Positions 43,139-53,280 are shown, numbered from the stretch's first letter. The stretch is 64,000 bases of DNA from an uncultured bacterium (GCA_963813815.1 CAWFAD010000007.1:128001-192000), one strand, 5' to 3'. Program-made: numbers and translations. The notes: generated from the sequence alone by a model not told the origin.

Positions 43139-44674
43139 TCATCGAAGGAGCAAGACCTTCGTCGTTTCTCTCTTCTTGTCCGCTTTGACGACGGCGAAGT
43201 AGAGGCCCGGAGCGAGGGGCGCTCCGTCGTCGTCCCTGCCGTCCCAGACGACCTCATGGGTGCCCGCCGGAAGGGTCATCCTGCCGAGGGAGCGCACCCG
43301 GCGTCCGTCGACGGCGTAGAGATCGATGGAAGCGGCGCACGCCTCCTCCACGGAAACGAGCACGCGCGTCGATTCGCGGAAGGGATTCGGACAGACTCCG
43401 AGGGAGAAGGGCGTCGGCGCGTCCGGCGTTTCGCCGCCGTCGCCGCCGACGCCGTTCTCCGGGTCGAGATACTCGCGATAGTAGATTTCGCGGTTTCCGT
43501 CGCGCAGGTCGACCCACGCGACATGCAGGTCGGCGTTCGGTCCGGCAATGAGACAGCACAGATCGCTCGCGGCGTCTCCGTCGGAGATCCTCGTTGGACT
43601 CCACCAGACGCCGGCCGATTTTCGCCTGAAGAATATCTCCGAGTTGAAATCGGAGACGTGCGTGTCCCAGTACGCGAGCACCACGTCGCCGCCGGCGATG
43701 TCGATGCTCGGATGGTAATGCGTGCACGGCTCGTTCGTGACGGCGATCTCGCCCTCCCATCCTCCCGGCCCGCGGCGCCGGTAGTAGATCTGTTCGAAGG
43801 TGCCGCGCGCGTCGATCCAGGCGACGTGAACGTAGCCGCTGTCGTCGACCGCGATCGTGGGCCGCATGGCGTTCATCGCGGGATCGGTGACGAGCTCCTC
43901 GGCGAGCCAGACGCCTCCGGTTTTGCGGCGGTAATAGATCTTGCCGTTGTCGCCCCATGCGTCGGTGCGCGTATCCGCCCAAGCGACGTGCAGCGAGCCG
44001 TCCGGCCCCCGGTCGATCGCCGGCACGAGGCGGTTCCCCGTCTCCACGGCCGTGAGCGCCGTCGCCGCGGACCACGCCATGCTCCTAAAGGCGCGGTACA
44101 TGATCTGCGTGGCGAGTCCGATGGTCTCCATGTAAACCATATGGAGCGTGTCGCCGACGCCGACCAGGGCGGACGCGTAGGAATCGCCCGACGTGCTGGT
44201 GACGCGCGTCTCCTTCGACCATGCCCCGAAGGCCCAGAACCGGTGATAGATCTCCATGTTTCCGATCCGGTCGTCGTTCCACGCGAGATGCACGACGCCC
44301 GAGCCGTCGGCGGCGAGGTTCGGGCGGGCCGATTCTCCCTCGTCGAAGGTGAGCCGTTCCTCGGAGCCCCAGATGCCGCCTATTCTCGCCCGGTGATAGA
44401 TCTCGAAGTTGCGGTCCCGGTCGTCGCGCCAGACGATGTGCAGACGTCCGTCGGAGTCCACGGCGAGATACTTTGCGTTGTTCGGGGCCGTGCTGGAGGT
44501 GCCGGCATCGAAGGTGAGCCGCGTCTCGGCCTGCCAACCCGGCGTCTGGGCATTGGCTTCGCGCACGGCGGGGGAGGCGTGGATCGAGAAGGCGAGCCAC
44601 GCCGACAGGGCTATTTTACAGAATGAATTGCGTTTGACGCAGAAGGCGCGGTGGATGCATGATGGAAACCGCAT
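43139..44674 (-). CDS. Secreted repeat (beta-propeller-like) protein with FlgD-Ig/T9SS type A C-terminal domain
   Basis: About 50-aa repeats DxxGxLHxxWxDxRxxNxEIYxR; C-terminus PNPF..DLYAVDGRRVR..WDGRDDDG..PGLYF..KVLLLR; start uncertain. Confidence 0.8.
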   Translation of the reverse strand: MRFPSCIHRAFCVKRNSFCKIALSAWLAFSIHASPAVREANAQTPGWQAETRLTFDAGTSSTAPNNAKYLAVDSDGRLHIVWRDDRDRNFEIYHRARIGGIWGSEERLTFDEGESARPNLAADGSGVVHLAWNDDRIGNMEIYHRFWAFGAWSKETRVTSTSGDSYASALVGVGDTLHMVYMETIGLATQIMYRAFRSMAWSAATALTAVETGNRLVPAIDRGPDGSLHVAWADTRTDAWGDNGKIYYRRKTGGVWLAEELVTDPAMNAMRPTIAVDDSGYVHVAWIDARGTFEQIYYRRRGPGGWEGEIAVTNEPCTHYHPSIDIAGGDVVLAYWDTHVSDFNSEIFFRRKSAGVWWSPTRISDGDAASDLCCLIAGPNADLHVAWVDLRDGNREIYYREYLDPENGVGGDGGETPDAPTPFSLGVCPNPFRESTRVLVSVEEACAASIDLYAVDGRRVRSLGRMTLPAGTHEVVWDGRDDDGAPLAPGLYFAVVKADKKRETTKVLLLR

Positions 44675-44861
44675 AGCCGTCCGGGCGGGTCGCCCCAAGG
44701 GAAGTGACGTGGCGCGTAGCTCCTCTCCCGGAAGATAGCAACCGCGGTCAGCCGCCGCAACCCGAGATTTCCGGGCCCTTTCCCGGGTGAACGCTCCGGC
44801 CCTGGCATGCGGGATGCTTGCTCTCGCGGCGGGATGGAACGTTCCCGCGCAAGGCTCATAC

Positions 44862-46546
44862 ATGAGAACCGGTTATCGAATCGCAGCTCTCCTCGCACTC
44901 GGAGCGGCCGTTTTCTGCGTCCCGGGATGCGGTCCCGGCGGGGGCGAGGGCTCGAGCTCCGGAGGGAGGGCCGACCCCGGCGGGCCGGCCGCTCAGGGCG
45001 GCCGCCTCGTCATCGGCATGCAGCAGGAGCCCGAGATCCTGAACGAAGCCGTAAACTCCATGGTCGCGTCCGTCTACGTCTGCAACCTCATCTTCAGCAA
45101 GTTCGTGAAGTACAACGACCGGCTCGATCTCGTTCCCGATCTCATCGAGGAGATTCCGACGGTGGAGAACGGCGGCATCTCGCCCGATCATCTCGCCTAT
45201 ACCTATCGCATCAGGAAGAACGCTCGCTGGCACGACGGCGTTCCCGTCACCTCCTACGACGCGAAGTTCAGCTGGGAGGTCATGGTGCATCCTGACATCA
45301 ACGTCGAAACGCGCCAGGGCTGGGACGTCGTCCGTCGGGTGGAAACGCCGGACTCGCACACCGTCGTTTTTCACCTCCGCGAGATATACGCGAACTTCGC
45401 CGGGGATTGTTTCTACGACGAGTCGGTGCTGCCGCGGCATCTCCTCGCGGGCGAGCTCGGAAGCGGCTTTCAGACGGCCTCGTTCCACCGCCGCCCCGTC
45501 GGATCGGGTCCCTTCGTCTTCAAGGCGTGGGTGCCCGGATCGCACATCGTCCTCGTGGCGAACCGCGACTACTACGGACCGGGTCCCTATCTCGAGGAGA
45601 TCGTGATCAAGTTCATTCCCGACGGGAACGCGCTCGTCATGCAGCTCGAGACGGGCGAGATTCAGGGGATCGATAACGCGCCGAACTCGCTCCTCGGAGT
45701 CGTGGAGCGCCTCGGCGGGGTGCGTCTCTATCGAAATCCGGCGCTCTTCAACGAGCATCTCGATCTCAACTGCGAGCATCCGATTCTGAGCGACGCGCGG
45801 GTGCGCCGCGCGCTCGCGCTCGCGACCGATCGCCGGGAGCTCTCCGAAAAGATTTACGACGGGGTATGGATCCCCGCGCACGGCGACGATCATCCGCGTT
45901 CGGCCTACTACCATCCGGCCGTCGAGCGACTCTGGGCCTTCGACCTCGCGCGGGCGAAGGGGCTCCTCTCCTCCGCCGGCTGGGTCGACCGCGACGGCGA
46001 CGGAATCCGCGAGCGGGACGGCAAGCCGCTCCGCCTCGCGATATCGACGACGACGGGCAACCTCAACCGGGAACGCACGGAGCTCGTGCTCCGCGAGCAG
46101 TACGCGCGCATCGGCGTCGAGCTCGAGATACGCAACTACCATCCCGCCGAGCTCTACGCGAGCTGGGACGAAGGCGGGGTGCTGCGCCGGGGAACCTTCG
46201 ATATCGCGCTCTATGCGTTCCTCACTCCCCCCGACCCGTCGACGAAGGACGGGTCGTATTCGGAGGCGTTCATTCCTCCCTCGGGGCAGAATTTCACGCG
46301 CATCAGGAGCGAAGTCCTCACGAGGCTCCTCGCGGCGGGATCGCGCACGGTCGCTTTCGCCGAGCGCAAGCCGATCTACGACGAGATCGCCGCCGTCCTC
46401 GCCGAAGAGGTGCCCGTCATTCCGCTCCTCTGGGTGACGCAGCTCGACTGCATGCCGGCATCGCTCGAGGGCTACCGCCCGAATCCGACGCAATCGGGGG
46501 ATACCTGGAACGCGAACGAGTGGCGTCTGAGGGGGGCGCGCGATGA
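44862..46546 (+). CDS. Peptide ABC transporter substrate-binding lipoprotein (stop out of frame as assembled; probable indel in G-run 46531-46536)
   Basis: Lipobox VPGC; QEPEILN; PTVENGGIS; WHDGVPVT; PVGSGPF; DGDGIRE; natural end TWNANEWRL at about 46530. Confidence 0.85.
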
Positions 46547-48006
46547 AGGCCCGGGCGCTGGTGCCCGTCGCGGTGCTCGTCGCGGCCGTGCTCGCTCTCA
46601 TGCAGCTCGGTCTCGGCCGGTCGACGCGGGGCGGCGCCGCCGCGCCTCGGATCGAATTTCGCGGAGCCGCCCGCAGCGTCGGGGGGTCGTGCCTCGTCGT
46701 GACCGCGGGGGACATCAGGTTCGCCGTCGATTGCGGAGCCCTCGGGGAGGAAGGGGGAGGCGAGATCCCGGATCTGCCCGATTCCCTTTCCTTCGTCGTT
46801 CTGACGCACGCCCACACCGATCACTGCGGACTCCTGCCCGAGCTTTTCAAGGCCGGTTTCGAAGGCCCCGTGTACTGCACGCGGGCGACGGCGGAGATCG
46901 CGCCCATCATGCTCGGCATGATGCAGGGATTGTCCCGCGCCGCCGTCGGGCGGGACGTTTTCGACCGGACGGTCTCCGGTTTGCGCGGCGTGCCGTTCGG
47001 GATGACGGTCGAGCACGGAGGAGTGCGGCTGCGCTTCCGGCGCGCGGAGCATCTCCTCGGAGCGGCGTCCGTCGAGCTCTGGCTGCCGGCCGGAGACGAC
47101 ACGGTGCTGCTCGTCGTCTCGGGCGACATCGGCGGCGGCAACTGCCCCCTCGTCCCGCCGCTCGAAACGCCGGAGCGGGCGGATTACGTCGTTATGGAGT
47201 CGACGTACGGGGGGGTCGTCCGCGATCCGGAGGGCGGCGATCCGGGGGCGGGGCACGAGGAGTTCGCGCGGGCCGTCGGGAAGGCGCTGCGGGATGGAGG
47301 CGACGTGCTCATTCCGGCGTTCACCCTCGGACGGACGCAGGAGATCATGGCGGTCATCGACCGGTATCAGCGCGCCGGCGTCATCCCAGCCGAATCCGAA
47401 ATCTACGTCGACAGTCCGACGGCGCACAGGATAACGAACGTGTATCGCGAGCTCCGGGACGAGCTCTCCGACGCCGCGCGGGATCAGTATCCGGGCGAGC
47501 CGCTCAGGTTCCCGTCGCTGAGGGAGGTGAGAAGCCGCACGTCGATGAAGGTTCACGATCGCCGCCACGCTCCGGCCGTCTTCGTCTCCTCGAGCGGCGA
47601 CCTCGCCCACGCCAACTCGCCGCGCCACCTCATGCGGATGTTCGGGCGCCGCGAGAATCTCCTCTGCATCATCGGCTGGCAGTCCCCCGGCTCCCCGGGG
47701 GCGCGACTCCTCGGCGGGGAGAGCCCCGTTCTCATACGGCACCGGGAGGGGAACGAGAATCTCGATGACTGGATCGCCCCGGTCCTCTCCGTGACGGCGT
47801 CTTCCGCCTTTTCGGGGCACGCCGACGCAACGGGGCTCGTGCGCTGGATCGCGGGGGTGCGCGGCGCGCGAAAAGTGTTTCTCGTCCACGGCGATGAAAG
47901 CCGCGCGGAAGCGCTGGCGGAATCGATCCGGCGGACGCTCGGTCTCGATGTCGAGGCGCCCGGGCGCGGAGCGATTCGCGAGCTCGTCCCCGTGCGCGGC
48001 TCGTAG
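46543..48006 (+). CDS. MBL-fold beta-CASP nuclease with N-terminal hydrophobic signal/anchor
   Basis: DCG; THAHTDHCG; AEHLLGA; SGDIG; MESTYG; IPAFTLGRTQE; YVDSP; FSGHAD; LVHGD; N-terminus MKARALVPVAVLVAAVLALMQLGLG. Confidence 0.88.
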   Translation: MKARALVPVAVLVAAVLALMQLGLGRSTRGGAAAPRIEFRGAARSVGGSCLVVTAGDIRFAVDCGALGEEGGGEIPDLPDSLSFVVLTHAHTDHCGLLPELFKAGFEGPVYCTRATAEIAPIMLGMMQGLSRAAVGRDVFDRTVSGLRGVPFGMTVEHGGVRLRFRRAEHLLGAASVELWLPAGDDTVLLVVSGDIGGGNCPLVPPLETPERADYVVMESTYGGVVRDPEGGDPGAGHEEFARAVGKALRDGGDVLIPAFTLGRTQEIMAVIDRYQRAGVIPAESEIYVDSPTAHRITNVYRELRDELSDAARDQYPGEPLRFPSLREVRSRTSMKVHDRRHAPAVFVSSSGDLAHANSPRHLMRMFGRRENLLCIIGWQSPGSPGARLLGGESPVLIRHREGNENLDDWIAPVLSVTASSAFSGHADATGLVRWIAGVRGARKVFLVHGDESRAEALAESIRRTLGLDVEAPGRGAIRELVPVRGS

Positions 48007-48018
48007 GCGGGTGGCCCG

Positions 48019-49050
48019 ATGAAGCGATACGTCTGCCGGCGTCTCCTGCGCGTGATTCCGATCGTGCTTCTCGTGTCGATCGTCACCTTCACGCTGCTCC
48101 ATCTCTCGCCCGGAGGGCCCGCCGCCATCATGGCGGGAAACCGGAGCGTCTCCGAGGCGGATCTCGCGCGGATCGAACGCGGCCTCGGACTCGACAAGCC
48201 CCTTCCCGTTCAGTACCTCGGCTGGCTCCGGCGGGTCTTCTTCGGTTTCGATTTCGGGAGGAGCTACGCGACGGGAGAGCCCGTCTCGCGTATGATTCTC
48301 GATCGGGCGGGGGCGACGCTCGAGCTCATGGGCGCTTCCTTCGTTCTCGCCGCCCTCTTCGCCTTTCTGGGGGGAGCCCTTTCGGCCGTCCGGCGGGACA
48401 GGCTCGCCGACCAGATTCTCTCCGTGCTCTCCGCGGCCGGTCTATCGATGCCCGTCTTCTGGCTCGGGATCGTCGCGATCTATGTCTTTTCCCTGCGCCT
48501 CGGCGTTCTTCCGAGCGGGGGGCGAGAGACGATCGGCGCGTCGGGCGCCGCCGACCATCTGCGGCATCTCGTCCTCCCGGCGCTCGTTCTCTCCGCCGGC
48601 TTCGCCGCCTCGTGGAGCCGCTACGTGCGCTCGCAGCTCGTCGAGACCATGCAGAGCGAGTTCGTTCGCACGGCGCGCGCGAAGGGGCTCGGCGAAGGGA
48701 CCGTGATCTGGAAGCACGCGCTGCGGCCGTCCCTGCTGCCCGTTCTCACCGTGATGGTGCTCCATCTGCCGGCGCTCTTCACCGGCGCGGTGATCACGGA
48801 GACCGTCTTTTCCTGGCCGGGAATGGGAAGGCTGTTCTACGAGGGGCTCGCGCGCCACGATTATCCGCGCGTGCTCGGCGTCGTCGTCGTATCCTCGTTT
48901 CTCGTTATTCTCGCGAACCTCCTCGGCGACATTTTGAGCGCGGCCGTCGATCCGAGAATCTCGCTCGAGCGCGCGAGCGGCGCCGCCGCGGCCCCGCGCC
49001 GGTCCGAGCCGGGCGCGCCCGCGCCGCGAGCGCCGGAGGAGGGGGCATGA
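48019..49050 (+). CDS. Peptide ABC transporter permease (OppB-like)
   Basis: PGGP; GLDKPLPVQY; FVRTARAKGL; ETVFSWPGMGRL; DPRI. Confidence 0.92.
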   Translation: MKRYVCRRLLRVIPIVLLVSIVTFTLLHLSPGGPAAIMAGNRSVSEADLARIERGLGLDKPLPVQYLGWLRRVFFGFDFGRSYATGEPVSRMILDRAGATLELMGASFVLAALFAFLGGALSAVRRDRLADQILSVLSAAGLSMPVFWLGIVAIYVFSLRLGVLPSGGRETIGASGAADHLRHLVLPALVLSAGFAASWSRYVRSQLVETMQSEFVRTARAKGLGEGTVIWKHALRPSLLPVLTVMVLHLPALFTGAVITETVFSWPGMGRLFYEGLARHDYPRVLGVVVVSSFLVILANLLGDILSAAVDPRISLERASGAAAAPRRSEPGAPAPRAPEEGA

Positions 49051-49877
49051 ACGTCGAATCGGGAAACGCGCGGCTCCTCGCCTACCGCCCCGCCGTCTAT
49101 TCGATCGTCCTTCTCGCGATCGTGCTCGTCGTCTCGATCGGGGCGCCGCTCTTCGTCGCGCACGGGAGGGACGCGATCGATCTCGAGAACGTTCTCGCCG
49201 CTCCCTCCGCCGAGCATCCCCTCGGCACCGACGAGCTCGGGCGGGATACGCTCGCCCGGCTGCTCTATGCGGGGCGTTACAGCCTCCTCGTCGCGTTCGC
49301 GGCGGTCGCGATCGCCTCCGCCGCGGGGATGCTGGCCGGCGCGGCGGCGGGGTTCTTCGGCGGGGCGGTCGACGCCTTCGTCATGCTCGTGGCCGATCTC
49401 TTTCTTTCCGTGCCGGTGTTCCTCGTGCTGCTCGTGGCCGCGTCAGCCGGGGGCGGACGCCTCTGGCTCGTCCCCGTCATCATCGGGGCCACCTCGTGGG
49501 TCGAGACGGCGAGGGTGGTCCGCTCGCTCGTTCTCTCGCTTCGGGAGCGCGGTTTCGTCGAGGCCGCTCGGGCGATCGGGGCGGGGCGGATGAGCCTGCT
49601 CGCGCGGCATCTGCTGCCCGGAACGGTGCCCGCCGTGATCGTCGCCTCGACGACGGGATTCGCCCAGGCGATGATCGCCGAATCGGCGCTGAGCTTCCTC
49701 GGTTTCGGCGTCCAGCCCCCGGCGCCGACGTGGGGGAACATGCTGCAGAACGCCCACCTCTTCATCCGGGAGGCGCCTGCGGCGGCGATCGCGCCCGGTT
49801 TCATGATCTTCGTCACCTGCCTCGCGTTCCACTACGCCGGCGAGGGGCTCCGCAGGAAGCTTGCCAGGAACGATTGA
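49047..49877 (+). CDS. Peptide ABC transporter permease (OppC-like)
   Basis: HPLGTDELGRD; ESALSFLGFGVQPP; GEGLR. Confidence 0.92.
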   Translation: MNVESGNARLLAYRPAVYSIVLLAIVLVVSIGAPLFVAHGRDAIDLENVLAAPSAEHPLGTDELGRDTLARLLYAGRYSLLVAFAAVAIASAAGMLAGAAAGFFGGAVDAFVMLVADLFLSVPVFLVLLVAASAGGGRLWLVPVIIGATSWVETARVVRSLVLSLRERGFVEAARAIGAGRMSLLARHLLPGTVPAVIVASTTGFAQAMIAESALSFLGFGVQPPAPTWGNMLQNAHLFIREAPAAAIAPGFMIFVTCLAFHYAGEGLRRKLARND

Positions 49878-49896
49878 TGCCGCTAGAATCTCCCGC

Positions 49897-50931
49897 ATGA
49901 CAGGGTCGATCAAAGCCGTCGGTCTCGTGTCGGGAGGGCTCGACAGCGCGCTCGCCGTCGCCCTCATGAGGCGGGAGGGGATCGAGGTCGTCGGCCTCCA
50001 CGTCGCCATAGGTTACTCGGCGGGCGTCATGCGGCGGGAGATAGCCGGAGAAGCCCTCGCCTCGCTGCTCGAGGAGGAGTCACGGCGGATGTCCGAGGGC
50101 TTCGGGACGCGTGTGCTCGTCATCGACCGCTCGACGGAGTACTTCGACATCCTGCTGCATCCGCGTCACGGGTACGGTGCGAACGTGAACCCGTGCATCG
50201 ACTGCCACCTGTTCATGATCCGCGAGGCGAAGAAGATCATGGAGAAAGAGGGGGCGCGGTTCGTGTTCACCGGGGAAGTGCTCGGACAGCGTCCGATGTC
50301 CCAGAATCTCCCGGCGCTCGAGCTCATCGAGCGCGAGAGCGGGCTCGATGGCCTGCTGCTCCGCCCCCTGAGCGCGAGGCTTCTCGCCCCGACGTTTCCG
50401 GAGCGCGACGATCTCATCGATCGCGCCCGCCTCCTCGATATCGAAGGGCGCTCGCGCAGGCGACAGATGGCGCTCGCCGCCGAGCTCGGCATCGCGGGGT
50501 ACGAGTCGCCCGCGGGAGGATGCCTTCTCACCGACGCGAACTACGCGCGCAAGGTCCGCGACTGGATGCGACACGCGGGCGACCGGCCGCTGACGCACGA
50601 GGAGACGCTCCTCTTCTCGGTCGGAAGGCATTTCCGGCTGTCGCCTTCGGTGAAGATCGTCGTCGGCCGCCGCGAGGTCGAGAACGAGTACCTCGAGCGC
50701 GCGTGGAGCGGCTGGTGGCTCGCGAGCCCCGTCGACGTGCCGGGGCCGACCGTGCTCGTTCAGGGAGAGGCGTCGGAGGACGAGCTCGCACTCGCCGCCG
50801 GATTCGTCGCGCGTTACGGCGACGCGAAGGGCGAGCCGCGCACAAGGGTCGCCGCACGGCGGGGGAGCGAAGAGCGCCGGTGCGAGGCCTCCCCCGTCGC
50901 CGAGGAGCTCGTCGAACGGACCCGCATCTAG
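49897..50931 (+). CDS. PP-loop tRNA thiouridylase-like protein (ThiI/MnmA-related)
   Basis: SGGLDS; NPCIDC; TGEVLGQRPMSQ; LRPLSA; PAGGCLLTD; GRHFR. Confidence 0.8.
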   Translation: MTGSIKAVGLVSGGLDSALAVALMRREGIEVVGLHVAIGYSAGVMRREIAGEALASLLEEESRRMSEGFGTRVLVIDRSTEYFDILLHPRHGYGANVNPCIDCHLFMIREAKKIMEKEGARFVFTGEVLGQRPMSQNLPALELIERESGLDGLLLRPLSARLLAPTFPERDDLIDRARLLDIEGRSRRRQMALAAELGIAGYESPAGGCLLTDANYARKVRDWMRHAGDRPLTHEETLLFSVGRHFRLSPSVKIVVGRREVENEYLERAWSGWWLASPVDVPGPTVLVQGEASEDELALAAGFVARYGDAKGEPRTRVAARRGSEERRCEASPVAEELVERTRI

Positions 50932-50944
50932 ACGAAACCCGCTC

Positions 50945-51484
50945 TCAGATTTCTTCCGTCCAGAGTCGCCGCAGCTCCTCGCGTCGCTCGAGAAAACGCC
51001 TGATCATGCGCTCGTGCGACTCGAAGGCCAGGTCGGGAAGGCTCGCCGGATCGGAGAACGCGAGGTCGGCGGCGTCGTCGCCGGGACGCGGTTCCCCGGT
51101 GAAGCCGGCGAAGGAATAGCCGATGAGAAGGATCGAGGTGCCGTAGAACCGGCTCTCCTGATAGATGATGTCGACGAGGGAGGGATCGCTCGCCCGTATC
51201 CCGCATTCCTCCTCGAGCTCGCGCCTCGCCGCTTCCGCCGGGCCTTCGCCCGTTTCGATGAATCCACCGGGCAGCGCCCAGCGCCCGCGACCCGGCTCGC
51301 GGCTCCGCAGGATGAGGAGGATGCGCCCCGCATCCTCCGTGACGATCGCGGTGGCGGCCGGGATGGGATTCTCGTAGATGAAGCGGCGCTCGTCCCCGCA
51401 ATAGAGACGCGTTCTCCCCTCCGATTCCCGGTGCTCGAGGGTTTTCCCGCAATACGGGCAGTAGAGCTTGGCGCTCTGCGTCAC
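50945..51484 (-). CDS. NUDIX hydrolase with N-terminal zinc-ribbon-like region
   Basis: YCPYCG; YENPIP; WALPGGFIETGE..AARRELEEECG Nudix box. Confidence 0.88.
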   Translation of the reverse strand: MTQSAKLYCPYCGKTLEHRESEGRTRLYCGDERRFIYENPIPAATAIVTEDAGRILLILRSREPGRGRWALPGGFIETGEGPAEAARRELEEECGIRASDPSLVDIIYQESRFYGTSILLIGYSFAGFTGEPRPGDDAADLAFSDPASLPDLAFESHERMIRRFLERREELRRLWTEEI

Positions 51485-51626
51485 GGTGTTTCGACCTCCG
51501 CATCGAGGATACGAGCGCCGGCCCCTTCCCGCAAGCGTCAAGTGGGAGCCGAAGTTGTCCTTGCGGGGGCGCGGGCCCTTCGCTAGCATGTGCGCGGGGC
51601 GATGCGCCGGGAGGAGAGGCGAGGGC

Positions 51627-52568
51627 ATGAAGCGAACGTTCGACATCGTCGGTCTCGGCTACACGGCGTTCGATTATCTCGGCGTCGTTCCGCGGCTTCC
51701 GGCCGAGGATTCGAAGCTCGAAATCGGCGATTTCACGATACAGGGAGGGGGCCCGGCCGCGACGGCCATGGTCGCCTCCCGCAGGCTCGGGGCGAGCTCG
51801 GCGCTCATCGCCAAGATCGGCGACGACCATTTCGGCCGCGGCATGCTCGACGGACTCGCCGCGGAGGCGGTCGACGCCTCGGCGGTCGTCGTCGAGCGCG
51901 GGGCGACGTCGCAGTTCGCCTTCGTCATGGTGAATCCGTCGAACGCCACGCGGACGATTCTCTGGACTCGGGGCACCGTCTCCCGCCTGAGGCCCGACGA
52001 GGTGGATCTCGACCTCGTCGGGTCGGCGAAGGGGCTTCTCGTCGACGACCTCGAGCCCGCGGCCGCGCTCGTCGCCGCGCGGCACGCCCGGGCGCGGGGG
52101 ATTCCGGTTCTCATCGACGCCGGCTCTCTGCGCGAGGGAGTCCGGGATCTGCTGCCCCACTGTGACTACATACTCGCGGGGGAACGCTTCGCGGAGCAGA
52201 TCTCGGGAAGCTCCGATCCGCGCGCGGCGCTGGCGACGCTCGATTCCTTCGGCCCGAAGGCGTGCGGCGTGACGCTCGGCGAACGCGGCTGCGTGGTTCT
52301 TTCGGAGGGCGCGACCATCGAGGCGCCCGGATTCGCCGTGGACGCCGTCGATACGACGGGGGCCGGCGACGTTTTCCACGGGGCCTTTCTGTTCGCGGTT
52401 CTTCAGGGATGGGACGTCGAGCGGTGCTGCGTCTTTTCGAACGCCGTCGCCGCGCTCAAATGCCGGCGCATCGGTGGCCGCGCGGGAATTCCCACGAGGG
52501 ACGAGGCGATCGCCTTTCTCGCCCGCGAGCGTCCCCGGCTCGTCTTCCCCGTGCGGGATCCGCTCTGA
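51627..52568 (+). CDS. PfkB-family carbohydrate/nucleoside kinase
   Basis: GGGPAATA; IGDDHFG; VTLGERG; VDTTGAGDVFHG. Confidence 0.92.
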   Translation: MKRTFDIVGLGYTAFDYLGVVPRLPAEDSKLEIGDFTIQGGGPAATAMVASRRLGASSALIAKIGDDHFGRGMLDGLAAEAVDASAVVVERGATSQFAFVMVNPSNATRTILWTRGTVSRLRPDEVDLDLVGSAKGLLVDDLEPAAALVAARHARARGIPVLIDAGSLREGVRDLLPHCDYILAGERFAEQISGSSDPRAALATLDSFGPKACGVTLGERGCVVLSEGATIEAPGFAVDAVDTTGAGDVFHGAFLFAVLQGWDVERCCVFSNAVAALKCRRIGGRAGIPTRDEAIAFLARERPRLVFPVRDPL

Positions 52569-52580
52569 GCGCGCCGGCGC

Positions 52581-53072
52581 TCAGGGAAGGGTGTGGCGGC
52601 GCAGATCCCCCGTCGCGAGATCGAAGTCGATCCATCCCGCCGGCTCGTGAAGCCCGATGAGATCGCCGGGATTGACGAGCCAGGTGTCTCCTATCCGCTC
52701 CACCTTCATGCGATGCGTGTGGCCGTAGAAGACGGCGGCGTACGAGCGCGTGCAGGCGAATCCGCGCGCGAACTCGGGGCGGTGCGTGAGGGCGATCTCC
52801 CCGTTCTCCGTTTCGACGAATCCGAATTCGCCGTGCAGCGTGATGTTCGGGAACTTTTTCGATGCGCCTCCGATCGCGTAGCGATCCCCCTCGTTGTTTC
52901 CGAAGACGACGTGCACGGGTCCGGCGAACCCGGCGAGACGCTCGACGACGAAGGGGGAGCAGAGGTCGCCGCAGTGGAGGAGCGAGGCCACGCCGAGGGC
53001 GTTGATTCCGGCGACGGCCCTTTCGACGTTCTCGATGTTATCGTGCGTGTCGCTCATGACCGCGATTCTCAT
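52581..53072 (-). CDS. YfcE-family metallophosphoesterase
   Basis: SDTHDN; HCGD; GNNE; GHTH; VNPG. Confidence 0.9.
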   Translation of the reverse strand: MRIAVMSDTHDNIENVERAVAGINALGVASLLHCGDLCSPFVVERLAGFAGPVHVVFGNNEGDRYAIGGASKKFPNITLHGEFGFVETENGEIALTHRPEFARGFACTRSYAAVFYGHTHRMKVERIGDTWLVNPGDLIGLHEPAGWIDFDLATGDLRRHTLP

Positions 53073-53207
53073 GGCGCTCCTTTCCGTCCCGCGGCGCGCG
53101 CGAGAGGCGCGCCCCGAATGTCTCCGCGGCGAACCCGGCGTTAGGCATCAGTATACACGGCGGGGAGGAGGCGGGAACGGTTTTCTCGCGGCGTCCGCTC
53201 CCCTCTA

Positions 53208-53223
53208 TGGCATGGCTCTTGAT
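53208..53223 (+). promoter_or_regulatory. Candidate sigma54 (-24/-12) promoter
   Basis: TGGCAT-N5-TTGAT; -12 element imperfect. Confidence 0.3.
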
Positions 53224-53280
53224 CTCGTCCCCTTTTCGGCAAGGGCGGCTCTTTACCCAACCTCACCGGGAAGGCGGACG

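Noticed and set aside
44787..47768. 993-aa SBP with a long C-terminal extension
   Set aside because: The extension is Arg/Ala/Gly-rich out-of-frame read-through over the beta-CASP gene
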